Source: Escherichia coli | GTDB lineage: Bacteria; Pseudomonadota; Gammaproteobacteria; Enterobacterales; Enterobacteriaceae | Reading direction: 5' to 3' (one strand) | Assembly (NCBI RefSeq): GCF_029227855.1 | Contig: NZ_CP074356.1 | DNA length: 64,000 nucleotides | Shown here: in pieces, positions 62,999 through 64,000 of the stretch | Layout: each line of letters opens with the position of its first letter | Position numbering within the stretch: the stretch's first letter is position 1 | Notes under the pieces: model-generated | The model's database searches: none | What the model was told of the DNA's origin: nothing | What the model saw: only the letters and a program-made list of their open reading frames with translations | Position numbers and translations under genes: made by a program

Positions 62999-63940
62999 AT
63001 GGCGCACTCACACTCACACACTTCCTCACACCTGCCAGAAGATAATAATGCTCGTCGCTTGTTGTATGCTTTCGGCGTGACTGCCGGGTTTATGCTCGTA
63101 GAAGTCATTGGTGGTTTTCTTTCCGGTTCTCTGGCATTGCTGGCCGATGCGGGTCATATGTTGACCGATACTGCCGCCCTGCTTTTTGCCCTACTCGCAG
63201 TGCAATTTTCCCGTCGTCCTCCCACCATTCGCCACACTTTCGGTTGGCTAAGATTGACCACGCTCGCGGCGTTTGTGAATGCCATCGCCCTGGTGGTGAT
63301 TACTATTTTGATTGTCTGGGAGGCGATAGAACGCTTCCGCACTCCGCGTCCGGTCGAGGGCGGCATGATGATGGCAATTGCCGTGGCTGGGCTGCTGGCA
63401 AATATACTTTCTTTCTGGTTACTTCATCACGGCAGCGAAGAGAAAAACCTCAACGTGCGAGCAGCGGCACTGCATGTCCTCGGGGACCTGCTGGGTTCGG
63501 TTGGGGCTATTATTGCCGCGTTGATTATTATCTGGACCGGCTGGACACCTGCTGATCCCATTCTCTCAATACTGGTGTCGCTTCTGGTTCTGCGTAGCGC
63601 GTGGCGACTGTTGAAAGATAGCGTGAATGAATTACTTGAAGGTGCACCGGTATCGCTGGATATCGCCGAACTGAAGCGTCGTATGTGCCGGGAAATCCCG
63701 GAAGTCCGCAATGTGCACCATGTACATGTATGGATGGTAGGCGAGAAGCCGGTGATGACGCTGCATGTGCAGGTGATCCCGCCACACGATCACGATGCCT
63801 TGTTAGATCAGATCCAACACTACCTGATGGATCACTATCAGATTGAGCACGCCACTATTCAAATGGAATATCAACCTTGTCATGGGCCAGACTGCCACCT
63901 GAATGAAGGGGGGTCTGGCCATTCACATCATCACCATTAA
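62999..63940 (+). CDS. zitB: Zinc cation-diffusion-facilitator transporter
   Basis: 313-aa CDF-family ORF with His-rich N- and C-termini (…[10 protein letters not shown]); matches ZitB. Confidence 0.93.
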   Translation: MAHSHSHTSSHLPEDNNARRLLYAFGVTAGFMLVEVIGGFLSGSLALLADAGHMLTDTAALLFALLAVQFSRRPPTIRHTFGWLRLTTLAAFVNAIALVVITILIVWEAIERFRTPRPVEGGMMMAIAVAGLLANILSFWLLHHGSEEKNLNVRAAALHVLGDLLGSVGAIIAALIIIWTGWTPADPILSILVSLLVLRSAWRLLKDSVNELLEGAPVSLDIAELKRRMCREIPEVRNVHHVHVWMVGEKPVMTLHVQVIPPHDHDALLDQIQHYLMDHYQIEHATIQMEYQPCHGPDCHLNEGGSGHSHHHH

Positions 63941-64000
63941 TGGGACAGCGCGCGTGAACCTCTTTCGCGTGCGCTGTTGATCCACATCCGGCTGCCGTTG

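Overview
This window reads as an Escherichia coli-type chromosomal segment covering glnHPQ to aroG/zitB, in the reverse of the usual K-12 map orientation. Gene identities were assigned by recognising the translated ORFs and their lengths from memory of the E. coli K-12 proteome; no database search or alignment was run. Where the ORF track showed an N-terminal extension, I moved the start to the internal Met or GTG that restores the remembered protein length and sits behind a plausible RBS. Most of the window is conserved core genome: glnHPQ, ybiO, rlmF, mcbA, fiu-ybiX, ybiI, ybiJ, ybiC, ybiB, dinG, rhlE, cecR-ybhGFSR, ybhQ, ybhP, clsB, ybhN, ybhL, moaABCDE, ybhK, uvrB, the bio operon, ybhB, ybhC, ybhJ/I/H, ybhD, pgl, ybhA, modABC, acrZ, modEF, galETKM, gpmA, aroG, ybgS and zitB. 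Three places depart from the K-12 layout as I remember it. (1) Between dinG and rhlE, where K-12 has ybiA, there is a two-gene ParE/RelE-type toxin-antitoxin-like cassette with an unusually long upstream partner; this is the best candidate for an undescribed system. (2) An IS200-type element (Y1 transposase TnpA, 152 aa) sits between gpmA and aroG. (3) The ybhM position holds only a 129-aa, 3-TM ORF. Recognisable regulatory sites and repeats (SOS boxes, Fur boxes, ModE/BirA/GalR/TyrR operators, a Moco riboswitch candidate, ERIC and REP-like elements) are also listed. No rRNA, tRNA or CRISPR array was found.
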